A stretch of 64,000 nt of DNA, from positions 5,551 to 69,550 of IMG/VR virus record IMGVR_UViG_3300045996_003062. One strand, 5' to 3'. The DNA is from a virus (lineage: Duplodnaviria > Heunggongvirae > Uroviricota > Caudoviricetes). Below the pieces are notes generated by a model. The model did no database searches and had not been told where the DNA came from. It was given only the letters and a program-made list of their open reading frames with translations. Position 1 is the stretch's first letter, and each line of letters starts with the position of its first letter. Made by a program: the position numbers and the translations under genes. Positions 18,342-26,630 of the stretch are shown here, in pieces.

Positions 18342-19246
18342 GCGGTGTCCTTAAGGCCCCGTTCCCTTGGTTCGGGGGGAAGTCGCGCGTGGCGCACCTC
18401 GTGTGGGAGCGGTTTGGGGACGTGCCCAATTACGTGGAACCGTTCGCGGGTTCGCTTGCCGTGCTCTTGGGGAGACCACACGCGTCGAGAGTTGAGACGG
18501 TTAATGACGCGGACGCGCTGCTGGTGAACTTCTGGCGCGCCGTTCGTGCGGACCCTGCCTCCGTGGCGCGATGGGCAGACTGGCCGCTGACGGAGGTTGA
18601 TCTCGCCGCCCGGCATGGATACCAGAGGGCGCACGCCGAAACGCTGGCTGATCGCCTGCGTTCGGATCCCGAAGTCTTCGATGTCCAACTCGCGGGCTGG
18701 TGGGTATGGGGTCTGTCCGGTTCGATAGGGGAGGCGTGGCTTCGAACGTCGCCCCAGCGTCCTGCCGCAGCGCATCCCGGCGGCGGGATTCTGTCGCTCG
18801 AACGTCCCGGTGAAGCGCTAGGACGGTTGCAGGCGCGGCTAGCCCGCACGCGTGTTCTTTGCGGCGATTGGACACGGACTGTCACACCGACGCGGCTCAG
18901 CCCCAGCCCATGCGCCGTGTTCTTGGACCCTCCGTACTCGGACGAAGAGCACGGCGGCGCTGCGTACGCCACGCGGACGGCCATCGCAACAGAAGTGCGG
19001 GAGTGGGCGCTAGAGCACGGTGACGACCCCTCGTTGCGCATCGCACTCTGCGGCTACGACGGAGAGCACGAGATGCCGGCGACATGGTCCGTGAAGCGGT
19101 GGAAGGCGATGGGAGGGTTCGGTAGCCGCACGGCCGTCGGGCGAGGTCGGGAGAACGCCGCCCGCGAGACCATCTGGTTCTCCCCCCACTGCCTCAAGCC
19201 ATCGGCACGCGCGCCCGACCTCTTCGACCTCGCGGAGGCGGCGTGA
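18338..19246 (+). CDS. DNA N6-adenine methyltransferase (Dam/D12 class)
   Basis: motifs FPWFGGKSR, VEPFAGSLAV, DPPY. Confidence 0.75.
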   Translation: MSGVLKAPFPWFGGKSRVAHLVWERFGDVPNYVEPFAGSLAVLLGRPHASRVETVNDADALLVNFWRAVRADPASVARWADWPLTEVDLAARHGYQRAHAETLADRLRSDPEVFDVQLAGWWVWGLSGSIGEAWLRTSPQRPAAAHPGGGILSLERPGEALGRLQARLARTRVLCGDWTRTVTPTRLSPSPCAVFLDPPYSDEEHGGAAYATRTAIATEVREWALEHGDDPSLRIALCGYDGEHEMPATWSVKRWKAMGGFGSRTAVGRGRENAARETIWFSPHCLKPSARAPDLFDLAEAA

Positions 19247-19767
19247 GACGCGTGGAGGACATGACCGGCGCCGAGCTGGAGCGGATGCGCGACAGCAACC
19301 CGACCCTCGCGCACGTCTTCCAGCGGGAGATTGACCGGCGCATGGCTCGGCCTCCCGGGGTGGACGAAGCGACGAGTGAGCAGCGGAAGGCGAAGCCGGA
19401 CCCGCGTCGCGGGGAGATGAACGGCGTCGAGGCGCGGTTCGCCCGCGAGTGGCTGGAGCCGCGACAGCAGGCCGGGGAGATCATCCGCTGGGATTTCGAG
19501 CCCGTCACCTGGCACCTGTACGTGACGGACGGAGAAGGGAAGGTCACGGACACCAAGTACACCCCGGACTTCTACGCCCTATGCGCCGACGGAACGGAGT
19601 GGTGGATCGAGGTGAAGGGGAGGCAGCTTCACGCACGGACGAGGGTGGCGCTGCCGACGCACGCCGCCGCCCGTCCCTGGTTCCGCTGGACGCTGGTGAG
19701 GAGGAAGGACGGGAGATGGTCCGTCGTCCACGACTTCGCGCCGCGTCGGGAGGCCAGGGCCGCGTAG
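19243..19767 (+). CDS. PD-(D/E)XK nuclease (possible resolvase)
   Basis: YTPDF...EWWIEVKG core. Confidence 0.5.
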   Translation: MRRVEDMTGAELERMRDSNPTLAHVFQREIDRRMARPPGVDEATSEQRKAKPDPRRGEMNGVEARFAREWLEPRQQAGEIIRWDFEPVTWHLYVTDGEGKVTDTKYTPDFYALCADGTEWWIEVKGRQLHARTRVALPTHAAARPWFRWTLVRRKDGRWSVVHDFAPRREARAA

Positions 19768-19814
19768 CCGACGAGGCGGAGCTGAGGCACCGGATCGCGC
19801 GTGGCCGGGCGGAT

Positions 19815-20249
19815 GTGCGTGCGATCCTCGCCCAGCCCGCGTCCCGCTCCCGACGTGAACGGCTCGCCCTGGTGAAGCGCCAGGTGGAGGAAGCGAAGAC
19901 GGCGCTGCGGAAGGCCCGGCGCCAGGACAGGAAGCTGCGGGCGGAGCGGGACAACGAGGCGTGGGAGGCGTTCCACCGGACCGCAGACCGCTGCTACTAC
20001 TGTGGCGAGGTGCTGACGGAAGGGGTCGGCGAGGGACAGCGGGCGCCACCGACGATGCGGACGCGCGACCACCTGATCCCCCGCTCCCGAGGCGGTCCGA
20101 CGCACCCGCTCAACCTCGTCCACGCCTGCGCGGGGTGCAACGCGAGGAAGGCGAACCGCACGCTGGAGGAGTACCGCCACGCACTGGTGTCGCGAGGGCA
20201 CGGCGGGGTGTTCTGGGGAGAGGAGCGGGAGGCGAGGAAGGCGGCCTAA
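19815..20249 (+). CDS. HNH endonuclease (start uncertain)
   Basis: CYYCG...TRDHLIPRSRGGPTHPLNLVHACAGCNARK. Confidence 0.55.
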   Translation: MRAILAQPASRSRRERLALVKRQVEEAKTALRKARRQDRKLRAERDNEAWEAFHRTADRCYYCGEVLTEGVGEGQRAPPTMRTRDHLIPRSRGGPTHPLNLVHACAGCNARKANRTLEEYRHALVSRGHGGVFWGEEREARKAA

Positions 20250-20415
20250 CGCAGGCCCCGCCTGAAGCGGAGCCGGGCGAGGGTGCGGAGGACGAACGCG
20301 AGCCACGCCGGGCGTTTGCCTGTCTGCGGAGTTGGACGCGGAGCGCCGGACCGGACGGGGATGCGGATGCCGGCGGCGCGGTACGCCTCGTCCCTCCGTC
20401 TGAGCAGGTCGTCGT

Positions 20416-20667
20416 TCATCGGCGCTTCCCTCGCTTGCGGGTGGACCGCTCCACCCGCTCGTCCGCCGCGGCTTCCACGTCCAGTTCACGGGCTTCGTGA
20501 AGGCAAACGCCAGCATGGGTGCGGAGCGCGTCGGCGAGGCGGCGCTTGTGCTCCGCCGTCGCACCACCGTGGGCGACCGTGTAGAGGGTGCGGCGCGACC
20601 ACCCGGCCAACCGGGCGAGCCCTTGGCGCGTTAGCTCAACCCGTTTCAGTAGCGATTCCATGTCCAT
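20416..20667 (-). CDS. HTH (XRE/Cro-CI type) transcriptional regulator
   Basis: only convincing minus-strand gene in the early half; HTH LTRQGLARLAGWSRRTLYTVAHG; divergent from downstream + genes. Confidence 0.6.
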   Translation of the reverse strand: MDMESLLKRVELTRQGLARLAGWSRRTLYTVAHGGATAEHKRRLADALRTHAGVCLHEARELDVEAAADERVERSTRKRGKRR

Positions 20668-20796
20668 GGAGGGTAAAGTTAATGCTTCCCAAATCTGGGC
20701 GCCAGAACCCTTGACTTCCGGCATTCGCTTCCCATATTTGAGAAGTGAAACGATGGAGTGCCACAGTTGAAGGCGTTCACTTCCGGGAGGCCGAGT
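20668..20796. promoter_or_regulatory. divergent promoter/operator region (lower GC)
   Basis: TTGACT-N18-TATTTG on + strand; repeats GCTTCCCA(A/T)AT(C/T)TG at about 20687 and 20733, and CTTCCGG twice. Confidence 0.4.
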
Positions 20797-21057
20797 ATGG
20801 GTGAGAAGGCGGACCGCTTCATCGCGCTCTTCAAAGCGTCCGGCATCCCGGTTCACTCGGTGGACGCTTTCGGTCCGCGCGTGATCGTGACGTGCTGGTG
20901 TGAGGGCACGGCCCGGAAGATCGCTCGGGCGCTTGAGCGGGCGACGTTCACGATCAACGGCATCGTCAAGAGCGTCGAGTACACCCAGGAGAACCGCGGC
21001 ACCTGCCTGCGGCCCACGACCTACGACGTGTGGCGGGTGCATGCTATCGCGGAGTAG
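20797..21057 (+). CDS. hypothetical protein
   Basis: RBS GGAGG. Confidence 0.45.
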   Translation: MGEKADRFIALFKASGIPVHSVDAFGPRVIVTCWCEGTARKIARALERATFTINGIVKSVEYTQENRGTCLRPTTYDVWRVHAIAE

Positions 21058-21220
21058 GACGCGCGCCCGCTGGACGTGCACACCTGCACCTGCGCGGACG
21101 ACTCGCTGCTGCGGGAGGCCCTGATGGCCCAGGACTGACGCACGGCGCGGCTTCCCGCAGTCCAGTGTCTCTCCCCTGTAGGTGGGGCACCGGACTGACA
21201 CACCGAACCGAGGACGACGC

Positions 21221-21484
21221 ATGGAAGCGCTGAGCGGGACGGGCCCGTGGCCGGGGTGGATGTTCGGCGTCGCTCGCGAGGTGGGCGGGCACAAGGTGGG
21301 CGACGTGGTGACGGTGCGTGTCGCCGGGATGGGGTGCTTCTCGGGGCGGCAAGTCGTGGTGCGCGCATGGCGAGAAGACGCCGCCGTCGGCGCCACGTAC
21401 GACGTCGAGCGCGTCCGACCGTGCCAGCACGCGCAGTGCGCCGGGCGCGTCCGCACGTTCGCCGCCGCCGACCTGAGTGGATAG
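21221..21484 (+). CDS. hypothetical protein
   Basis: internal ATG with RBS. Confidence 0.4.
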   Translation: MEALSGTGPWPGWMFGVAREVGGHKVGDVVTVRVAGMGCFSGRQVVVRAWREDAAVGATYDVERVRPCQHAQCAGRVRTFAAADLSG

Positions 21485-21494
21485 GGCGCAGCGC

Positions 21495-21692
21495 ATGGAG
21501 ATGAGCCCCAGCCAAGCTGCTGTGCTGGCGATGTACCCGGATGCCCGCGCCGTGAAGTCCGGGATCAGCTTTCAGGTATACCTTGCCGCCGAGGCCACGA
21601 CGTCGGTCGGCGCTGGGTTCACGGCATGGCAAGCGTGGCGGGACGCAGCCAACCAACTGGCAGCACGGCGCCCCTACCACGGCGAGGTCTGA
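21495..21692 (+). CDS. hypothetical protein
   Basis: track ORF 21477..21692, internal Met. Confidence 0.3.
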   Translation: MEMSPSQAAVLAMYPDARAVKSGISFQVYLAAEATTSVGAGFTAWQAWRDAANQLAARRPYHGEV

Positions 21693-21723
21693 CCTCCATC
21701 CTGAACAACGAAGAGGAGCGCCG

Positions 21724-22032
21724 ATGCCGGTCGCCGAGATCCGCGAGCGCAACCGCTCCCTGCTGGGTAGCGTGACGATGATCCGCGAGGTGGAGGACGA
21801 CGTGTACCACGCCTACACCGGACAGGGGAAGCACGTCGTCACGGTCCGGCGGGAGGGCGAGGGTGGAGACTGGACCGCCCGCCGGCAGGGCGACGCGGGC
21901 GAGGGGCGGCCGGTGGCCCCCGCGACCCGCTACCTCAACGACCTGGCCTCGTGGTGCGGTGACCGGCACCATGCGTACGTGTTGAACCTGCCGTGGCCCC
22001 GCGTCGCACCCCAGCAGAGCGAGGCGAGATGA
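21724..22032 (+). CDS. hypothetical protein
   Basis: RBS GAAGAGGAG. Confidence 0.5.
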   Translation: MPVAEIRERNRSLLGSVTMIREVEDDVYHAYTGQGKHVVTVRREGEGGDWTARRQGDAGEGRPVAPATRYLNDLASWCGDRHHAYVLNLPWPRVAPQQSEAR

Positions 22033-22229
22033 CGCAGCACTACGCGAAGGGCTCACGGGTTCGCGTGACGACGGACGCCTTCCCTGTCCTCGCCCCTGTC
22101 GGAAGCGTCTTCGTGGTGGAGTCCGTGACGACCGCCAACGCTCCGCCCGTGCCGTACTACGTCGGGTACTTCGAGGGGCACCGTCTCGGCTTCTACGCTG
22201 AGGAACTGGCACCCGCAACGAGCCGCTGA
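22029..22229 (+). CDS. small hypothetical protein
   Basis: ATGA overlap. Confidence 0.4.
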   Translation: MTQHYAKGSRVRVTTDAFPVLAPVGSVFVVESVTTANAPPVPYYVGYFEGHRLGFYAEELAPATSR

Positions 22230-22241
22230 GGGAGGTGCGCT

Positions 22242-22589
22242 ATGTCCGCATGGAAGGTGGGAGAGACGTACCCGACGAAGGGCGGGAGGGAGGCACGGGT
22301 GGACAGCGTGACGGAGGACGCCGTCCACGGATGGATGGAGTACGGCTCGGTCTCTTGGCGACACGACGGCCAGTGCTTCACTCTGACGGGGAGTCGCATC
22401 CCCGCAGGCCGGACCGCGTTCTTCGACCTGCTCCCTCCCACTTCGGAGGCTCCGTCCACGCTGATCGGCGAGGTCTCCGCTGTGCCTGTCTACTGGCTTC
22501 CGAGTGGAGAGGCGATCATAGCGCGGGGGAACGTTGGGCCCATTCCGTCGCTGGATCTCGTTCCTCCCTCTCCTCCGGAGGCACCATGA
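22242..22589 (+). CDS. hypothetical protein (paralog 1 of a tandem pair)
   Basis: MSAWKVGETYPTKGGREARV... ending DLLPPTSE. Confidence 0.5.
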   Translation: MSAWKVGETYPTKGGREARVDSVTEDAVHGWMEYGSVSWRHDGQCFTLTGSRIPAGRTAFFDLLPPTSEAPSTLIGEVSAVPVYWLPSGEAIIARGNVGPIPSLDLVPPSPPEAP

Positions 22590-22795
22590 ACCCGATGTGG
22601 AAGGTTGGGGAGACGTACCGCACCAGAGGCGGGGCGGAAGCGAAGGTGATGGACGTTCGGGAGGTGAGTATGGCCGGGGCCGTGGACGGGGTCGAGACGA
22701 CGTGGGCGACGGAGGACGGGCTCTGCATCACGCATGGCCCATCGCACGTCGGCAATTGGGACGGACTGGACCTGCTCCCTCCCTCTGGAGAGTGA
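22586..22795 (+). CDS. hypothetical protein (paralog 2 of a tandem pair)
   Basis: MNPMWKVGETYRTRGGAEAKV... ending DLLPPSGE; ATGA overlap. Confidence 0.5.
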   Translation: MNPMWKVGETYRTRGGAEAKVMDVREVSMAGAVDGVETTWATEDGLCITHGPSHVGNWDGLDLLPPSGE

Positions 22796-22800
22796 GCCCC

Positions 22801-22885
22801 GGAACGGTGGCAGAGCGGTAACGCACCCGCTTGGAAAGCGGCGGTCCCCCTAACGGGGGCGAGGGTTCGATCCCCTCCCGTTCCG
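22801..22885 (+). tRNA. tRNA-Ser (anticodon GGA)
   Basis: acceptor GGAACGG/CCGTTCC, anticodon loop TTGGAAA, long variable arm CCCCC-TAAC-GGGGG, T-arm GAGGG-TTCGATC-CCCTC. Confidence 0.8.
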
Positions 22886-22890
22886 CTGTT

Positions 22891-22977
22891 GGAGAGATGG
22901 CCGAGTGGCAAGGCGCCGGTTTGCTAAACCGAGGCCGGGATGAAAGTCCCGCGGGGGTTCGATTCCCCCTCTCTCCG
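22891..22977 (+). tRNA. tRNA-Ser (anticodon GCT)
   Basis: acceptor GGAGAGA/TCTCTCC, anticodon loop TTGCTAA, variable arm CGGGA-TGAAAG-TCCCG, T-arm GGGGG-TTCGATT-CCCCC. Confidence 0.8.
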
Positions 22978-23019
22978 TGGAGTGCCCGCAGGTCATGAGG
23001 AACCCGAGAGGAGGCAGCA

Positions 23020-23136
23020 ATGCGCGAGGTGTGGCTTGCTCAGGAGAACGCGGACCTGACGGAGGGTCGCGGGCCGATGGTGACGAAGGGCGCCTTCTAC
23101 AATCCGGCCGAGGCCGAAGAGCGGCGAAGCGGTTGA
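23020..23136 (+). CDS. small hypothetical protein
   Basis: strong RBS GAGAGGAGG 7 nt upstream. Confidence 0.3.
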   Translation: MREVWLAQENADLTEGRGPMVTKGAFYNPAEAEERRSG

Positions 23137-23291
23137 TGGGGGTGATGGGTGGCGGGACGGGTGAAGTGGCGAAGCAGCCGCTTCGGGTGTTCGACACGAT
23201 GGAGGAGTGGTGGGAGGACTACAACGCGGACCTGCGTCGCCGCGCGCTGAACCGACTGTCCTTCGAGGAGCGGCGGGCCTTGGGGCTCTGA
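23136..23291 (+). CDS. small hypothetical protein
   Basis: TGATG overlap. Confidence 0.3.
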   Translation: MGVMGGGTGEVAKQPLRVFDTMEEWWEDYNADLRRRALNRLSFEERRALGL

Positions 23292-23293
23292 CG

Positions 23294-23587
23294 ATGATCC
23301 TGATGGACCGCGAGAACGCGATGGCCCCGGGTTGGTCGCACGCCCACAGCGACGCCCCGACGCACGATGGACAGGTGGCCGAGCTGGAGGCGTTCCGGAA
23401 GCGAGTCGGCGCCCCGCCCTCGGCTCTCCAGTACGGGTCGTGGATTCATCTCGACATCATGCGGGCACCACGAAGGAAAGCGCTGGCGATGGAGGGCGAC
23501 GAAGTGCGGGTGTTCGAGCCGTCGCGCGACCTTGTGGTCTACCTGCGCGGCCACGTCCTCCGCGGACCAGCGAGCCGCGCCGCCTGA
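23294..23587 (+). CDS. hypothetical protein
   Basis: internal ATG after upstream stop. Confidence 0.45.
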   Translation: MILMDRENAMAPGWSHAHSDAPTHDGQVAELEAFRKRVGAPPSALQYGSWIHLDIMRAPRRKALAMEGDEVRVFEPSRDLVVYLRGHVLRGPASRAA

Positions 23588-23608
23588 ACCGAGAGAGAGG
23601 CTACGCGA

Positions 23609-23833
23609 ATGGAGCCCGGGAGGAACGACGTGAGCGAGAGACGACTGCGGGTGGTGCCCGACCCCGACATCAGCAGCGGGGTCGTCTGGCGGCACTACGA
23701 CGGGCGGTTGGAGTGCGGCTGGCCTGCAACGCATGGCCTGTTCTGGCATCCTTCCCCGGCCATCGTCCCGAACGCCGAGCGCGTTGCGATGTGGGCTGAC
23801 CTGCTGGCGAACCCCTATGAGGAGGAGGGATGA
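23609..23833 (+). CDS. hypothetical protein
   Basis: track ORF. Confidence 0.4.
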   Translation: MEPGRNDVSERRLRVVPDPDISSGVVWRHYDGRLECGWPATHGLFWHPSPAIVPNAERVAMWADLLANPYEEEG

Positions 23834-24132
23834 GCGAGGGACGGGACTGCGAGTGGTGCGCAGGCGGGGACGAGCCCCTGATGCTAGACGCCGACGGCGT
23901 GGAGGTGGGGCACAGTGGGAAGCCGGGGCGGCTCTCGCATACATGGCACGACGGCTTCTGGCGCTGCCGGTTCGCGGCTCGCTCCGATGCTGGGCAGCCG
24001 TGGCACCGGCGCGCTCTCGCCCGCATCTCGACCCTGATGGACGCTGCGCCTGCGGATCGGAGCCGAGAAGCACGTGAGATGCGGGCGCTCGCCATTCAAG
24101 TGGATGCTTACGAGCGACGCGTGTTCGGCTGA
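23830..24132 (+). CDS. hypothetical Cys-containing protein
   Basis: ATGA overlap. Confidence 0.4.
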   Translation: MSEGRDCEWCAGGDEPLMLDADGVEVGHSGKPGRLSHTWHDGFWRCRFAARSDAGQPWHRRALARISTLMDAAPADRSREAREMRALAIQVDAYERRVFG

Positions 24133-24137
24133 TGCGC

Positions 24138-24209
24138 GGCCCTATCGTCTATCGGTTAGGACGCCACCCTTTCAAGGTGGAGAGCGGGGTTCAACTCCCC
24201 GTGGGGTTA
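24138..24209 (+). tRNA. tRNA-Glu (anticodon TTC), G-U-rich acceptor stem
   Basis: D-arm GTCTATCGGTTAGGAC, anticodon arm CCACC-CTTTCAA-GGTGG, T-arm CGGGG-TTCAACT-CCCCG; acceptor GGCCCTA/TGGGGTT needs 3 wobble pairs. Confidence 0.55.
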
Positions 24210-24269
24210 CTCACCCAAGCGAAAGAAGTGCACGTGACGGATCGTACGAGCGAGAGGCGGTACGCCCGG

Positions 24270-24788
24270 ATGTCCCTGCTCTCCGTCCTGAACGGCGCTG
24301 ACGATATCTACCCCTGCGCGCACCCGTGGCCGCAGGACTGCTTCGTACAGGCCGGGGGAGACGGAGTCGTGGTCGCGAAGGAAGGGTCGTACCGCACCGC
24401 GTTCTTTGAGGCGTTCCCCCGCTCGCCGGACGTGTTCATTCGCGGGGAGGGCGAGACGGTGGACGCGGCGGAGGAGGACGCATGGCGGCGCTACATGCGC
24501 GTGGTGGATGGGCACGAACACGAATGGGACCGGCGCGACCGCACGGATGGCTACGCCCACTGCCTCGCCTGCGGCATCGGGTGCATGGTATTTGAGCCGC
24601 TGACCAACTGCGCGGTGTGCGCGATTCCGGCGGCGTACGGACAGGATGCGGAGGCCGCTTGGTACTGCGAGGCTCACCACAAGGAGTTGCCGGACGACCG
24701 CCTCCCGGAGTGGTCTCGGCGCATGCGGCAATGGGTGAGGGAGATTCATGCGGAGGACGAAGCGGAGAGGGAAGCGACGGCAGGGTGA
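24270..24788 (+). CDS. Cys-rich hypothetical protein
   Basis: start moved to residue 47 of the track ORF to clear tRNA-Glu. Confidence 0.45.
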   Translation: MSLLSVLNGADDIYPCAHPWPQDCFVQAGGDGVVVAKEGSYRTAFFEAFPRSPDVFIRGEGETVDAAEEDAWRRYMRVVDGHEHEWDRRDRTDGYAHCLACGIGCMVFEPLTNCAVCAIPAAYGQDAEAAWYCEAHHKELPDDRLPEWSRRMRQWVREIHAEDEAEREATAG

Positions 24789-24862
24789 CGGAATCGGTAG
24801 ACGTACCCGCCTCAAAAGCGGGTGCCAGCGATGGCGTGCGGGTTCGAGTCCCGCCCCTGCTA
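24779..24862 (+). tRNA. tRNA-Leu (anticodon CAA)
   Basis: acceptor GGCAGGG/CCCTGCT (G1-U72), D-arm ACG-GAATCGGTAGA-CGT, anticodon arm CCCGC-CTCAAAA-GCGGG, variable arm GCCA-GCGA-TGGC, T-arm GCGGG-TTCGAGT-CCCGC. Confidence 0.75.
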
Positions 24863-24885
24863 CTCACCTACGGAAGCAAGAGCAC

Positions 24886-25212
24886 ATGAAGCGGATCGCG
24901 ATAGGAGAAGTGGTCCAGTGGACTTCGCAGTCGGCGGGAATCAAGACGGCGAAGCGGGGGGCGGTCCTCGCTTTCGTCGCAGATGGCGCACTGTCGGAGG
25001 GTGAGGGAGCGTTCCCCCGCACCTACACACCGTCGCACCCCGCCATCCCTGCGGGAACCCCCGCCGGCCGGTGCCAGTGGCGCTTTGACGGGTTCAGCGC
25101 CCGGCCCCGCTACCTGGTGGAAGTGCCCCGCGAGGGGAAGGCTCCTCTCTACTACGCTCCTCTTGCCTCTGTAGTAGAGGAGCAGAACCCCGACGCAGAG
25201 AGGACGCCGTGA
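24886..25212 (+). CDS. hypothetical protein
   Basis: internal ATG of track ORF 24748..25212, placed after tRNA-Leu. Confidence 0.45.
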   Translation: MKRIAIGEVVQWTSQSAGIKTAKRGAVLAFVADGALSEGEGAFPRTYTPSHPAIPAGTPAGRCQWRFDGFSARPRYLVEVPREGKAPLYYAPLASVVEEQNPDAERTP

Positions 25213-25374
25213 CTGAGCGACACCGCCGGAAGGTGCGCCGCCCCACGCTCGCGACGGCCGAGGCTGAGGACCACTTGCAGATCATGCGCCTGGAGGCGAT
25301 GGACGACGAGGTGGACGTGTGGAACGCGCAGCAGCTGCGCGACCTAGACTTCCCCAGCGACGGAGACGGACTCG

Positions 25375-25617
25375 ATGAGTGCTGACGCCGCGATGCGAGT
25401 GGAGGTGAGGCCCGGTCAGGTATGGGCCGACAATGACCCGCGGGCGAAGGGGCGGACGTTCCGCGTCATCGAGCGGCTGCCGAACGGCGCCCGGTGCGTG
25501 GTACTGACGGACCGGGAAGGTGCGAAGGTGTCCCGCGTCGGATGGGAGTTCCTGTGCCTCGCCCGTCGTTTCCGCCCCACCTCTTCGGGCTACCGTCTGG
25601 TAGAGGACGTGACGTGA
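25375..25617 (+). CDS. hypothetical protein
   Basis: track ORF. Confidence 0.4.
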   Translation: MSADAAMRVEVRPGQVWADNDPRAKGRTFRVIERLPNGARCVVLTDREGAKVSRVGWEFLCLARRFRPTSSGYRLVEDVT

Positions 25618-25886
25618 ACGAACCCGACAAGGTGCTGGACCTGAGCGCCTACCGCCAGCGTGCGCGGTCGAGGCATGAACACGCGACACCGGGAGAGCAC
25701 GATCCGCTTGCGGGCTGCCCGTTCTGCGGCGAGAGGGAGAAGCTGACGGTGCATACCGCGAGCGACGATGACATACCCGACGAGGTGCGCGCGGGAGTCT
25801 ATTGCTTCGGGTGCGACGCCAACGGCCCGCCCGCGGCAACAGAGCAGGAAGCAGCGCAGAAGTGGAACGCCCGTGCCACCGCCTGA
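25614..25886 (+). CDS. small zinc-binding protein, possible Lar-type restriction alleviation protein
   Basis: GCPFCGEREK ... CFGCDANG. Confidence 0.35.
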   Translation: MNEPDKVLDLSAYRQRARSRHEHATPGEHDPLAGCPFCGEREKLTVHTASDDDIPDEVRAGVYCFGCDANGPPAATEQEAAQKWNARATA

Positions 25887-25893
25887 CCCGCGC

Positions 25894-25965
25894 TCCTCCC
25901 TCGTCTAGCGGTGAGGACGCCGCCCTTTGAAGGCGGAGGCGCCGGTTCGATCCCGGCGGGAGGAT
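25894..25965 (+). tRNA. tRNA-Gln (anticodon TTG)
   Basis: U1-A72 acceptor TCCTCCC/GGGAGGA, D-arm GTCTAGCGGTGAGGAC, anticodon arm CCGCC-CTTTGAA-GGCGG, T-arm GCCGG-TTCGATC-CCGGC. Confidence 0.8.
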
Positions 25966-26001
25966 TCCCCCAGCTCGTGAACCTGAACGTGGAGCGCACG
26001 C

Positions 26002-26268
26002 ATGGCGATCGGACCGAAGGACCGTGACTGGCTGAAGGCGGCGGAGGCGAGGGTGGACGACGCCATCGTCAAGTCCCTGCCCGGTGAGTCGGTGCGGGTG
26101 GAGTTGCCGAACGGGGCGACGGCGGTGAGGGCCGTGCTTCTGGAGCGTTACCGCGCGGTGGGGTGGGCGCACCTCGTGTACGAGTACGGCGACCAGCGCG
26201 AGGGCGGCACCTACCTCGTCCTCGCCCAGCACGCTCCCGGGACCGTTCTCCGCGGAGGCTCACGATGA
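26002..26268 (+). CDS. hypothetical protein
   Basis: track ORF. Confidence 0.4.
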   Translation: MAIGPKDRDWLKAAEARVDDAIVKSLPGESVRVELPNGATAVRAVLLERYRAVGWAHLVYEYGDQREGGTYLVLAQHAPGTVLRGGSR

Positions 26269-26492
26269 AGGCGGCGGCGGATCGGGCGGCGGAGTTTCTG
26301 GCGGTGTTCGACCTCCACGCGGAGGCGGCGGTGTTGGGCGCCCTCACCCTCTCGTTCAAGGAGCACGCCCGCGACCAGCGGCACCTCTGCGCGGAAGCAG
26401 TCACGTCAGCGGAACCGTTCACGGCGCGGCTAGGCCCAGACTATCACGCCGTCGTCATGAACACGCGGGCTCCCGGCGAGGCGAAGCGCTGA
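26265..26492 (+). CDS. hypothetical protein
   Basis: ATGA overlap. Confidence 0.4.
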   Translation: MKAAADRAAEFLAVFDLHAEAAVLGALTLSFKEHARDQRHLCAEAVTSAEPFTARLGPDYHAVVMNTRAPGEAKR

Positions 26493-26630
26493 ACGACGCA
26501 GGTCGGTAGAGTGTCCGGAGCCCAGCGTAGCCGCTGGACGGTCTCCCGGCCGTACTCCCGCTGAAGGGGCGTAGCGTCCCCTCGGATGCTCCCGACCCGC
26601 GCACCTCACACACGACGGAGAGGCCGCCGC

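Noticed and set aside
20250-20415. Rho-independent terminator after the third HNH gene
   Set aside because: No convincing GC hairpin followed by a T-tract. Only weak palindromes, expected in this composition.
24132-24269. Track start of ORF 24132..24788 (and of ORF 942..1757, ORF 28753..29244)
   Set aside because: These N-terminal extensions overlap tRNA-Glu, tRNA-Thr and the tRNA-like remnant respectively. Internal starts downstream of the RNA features were used instead.
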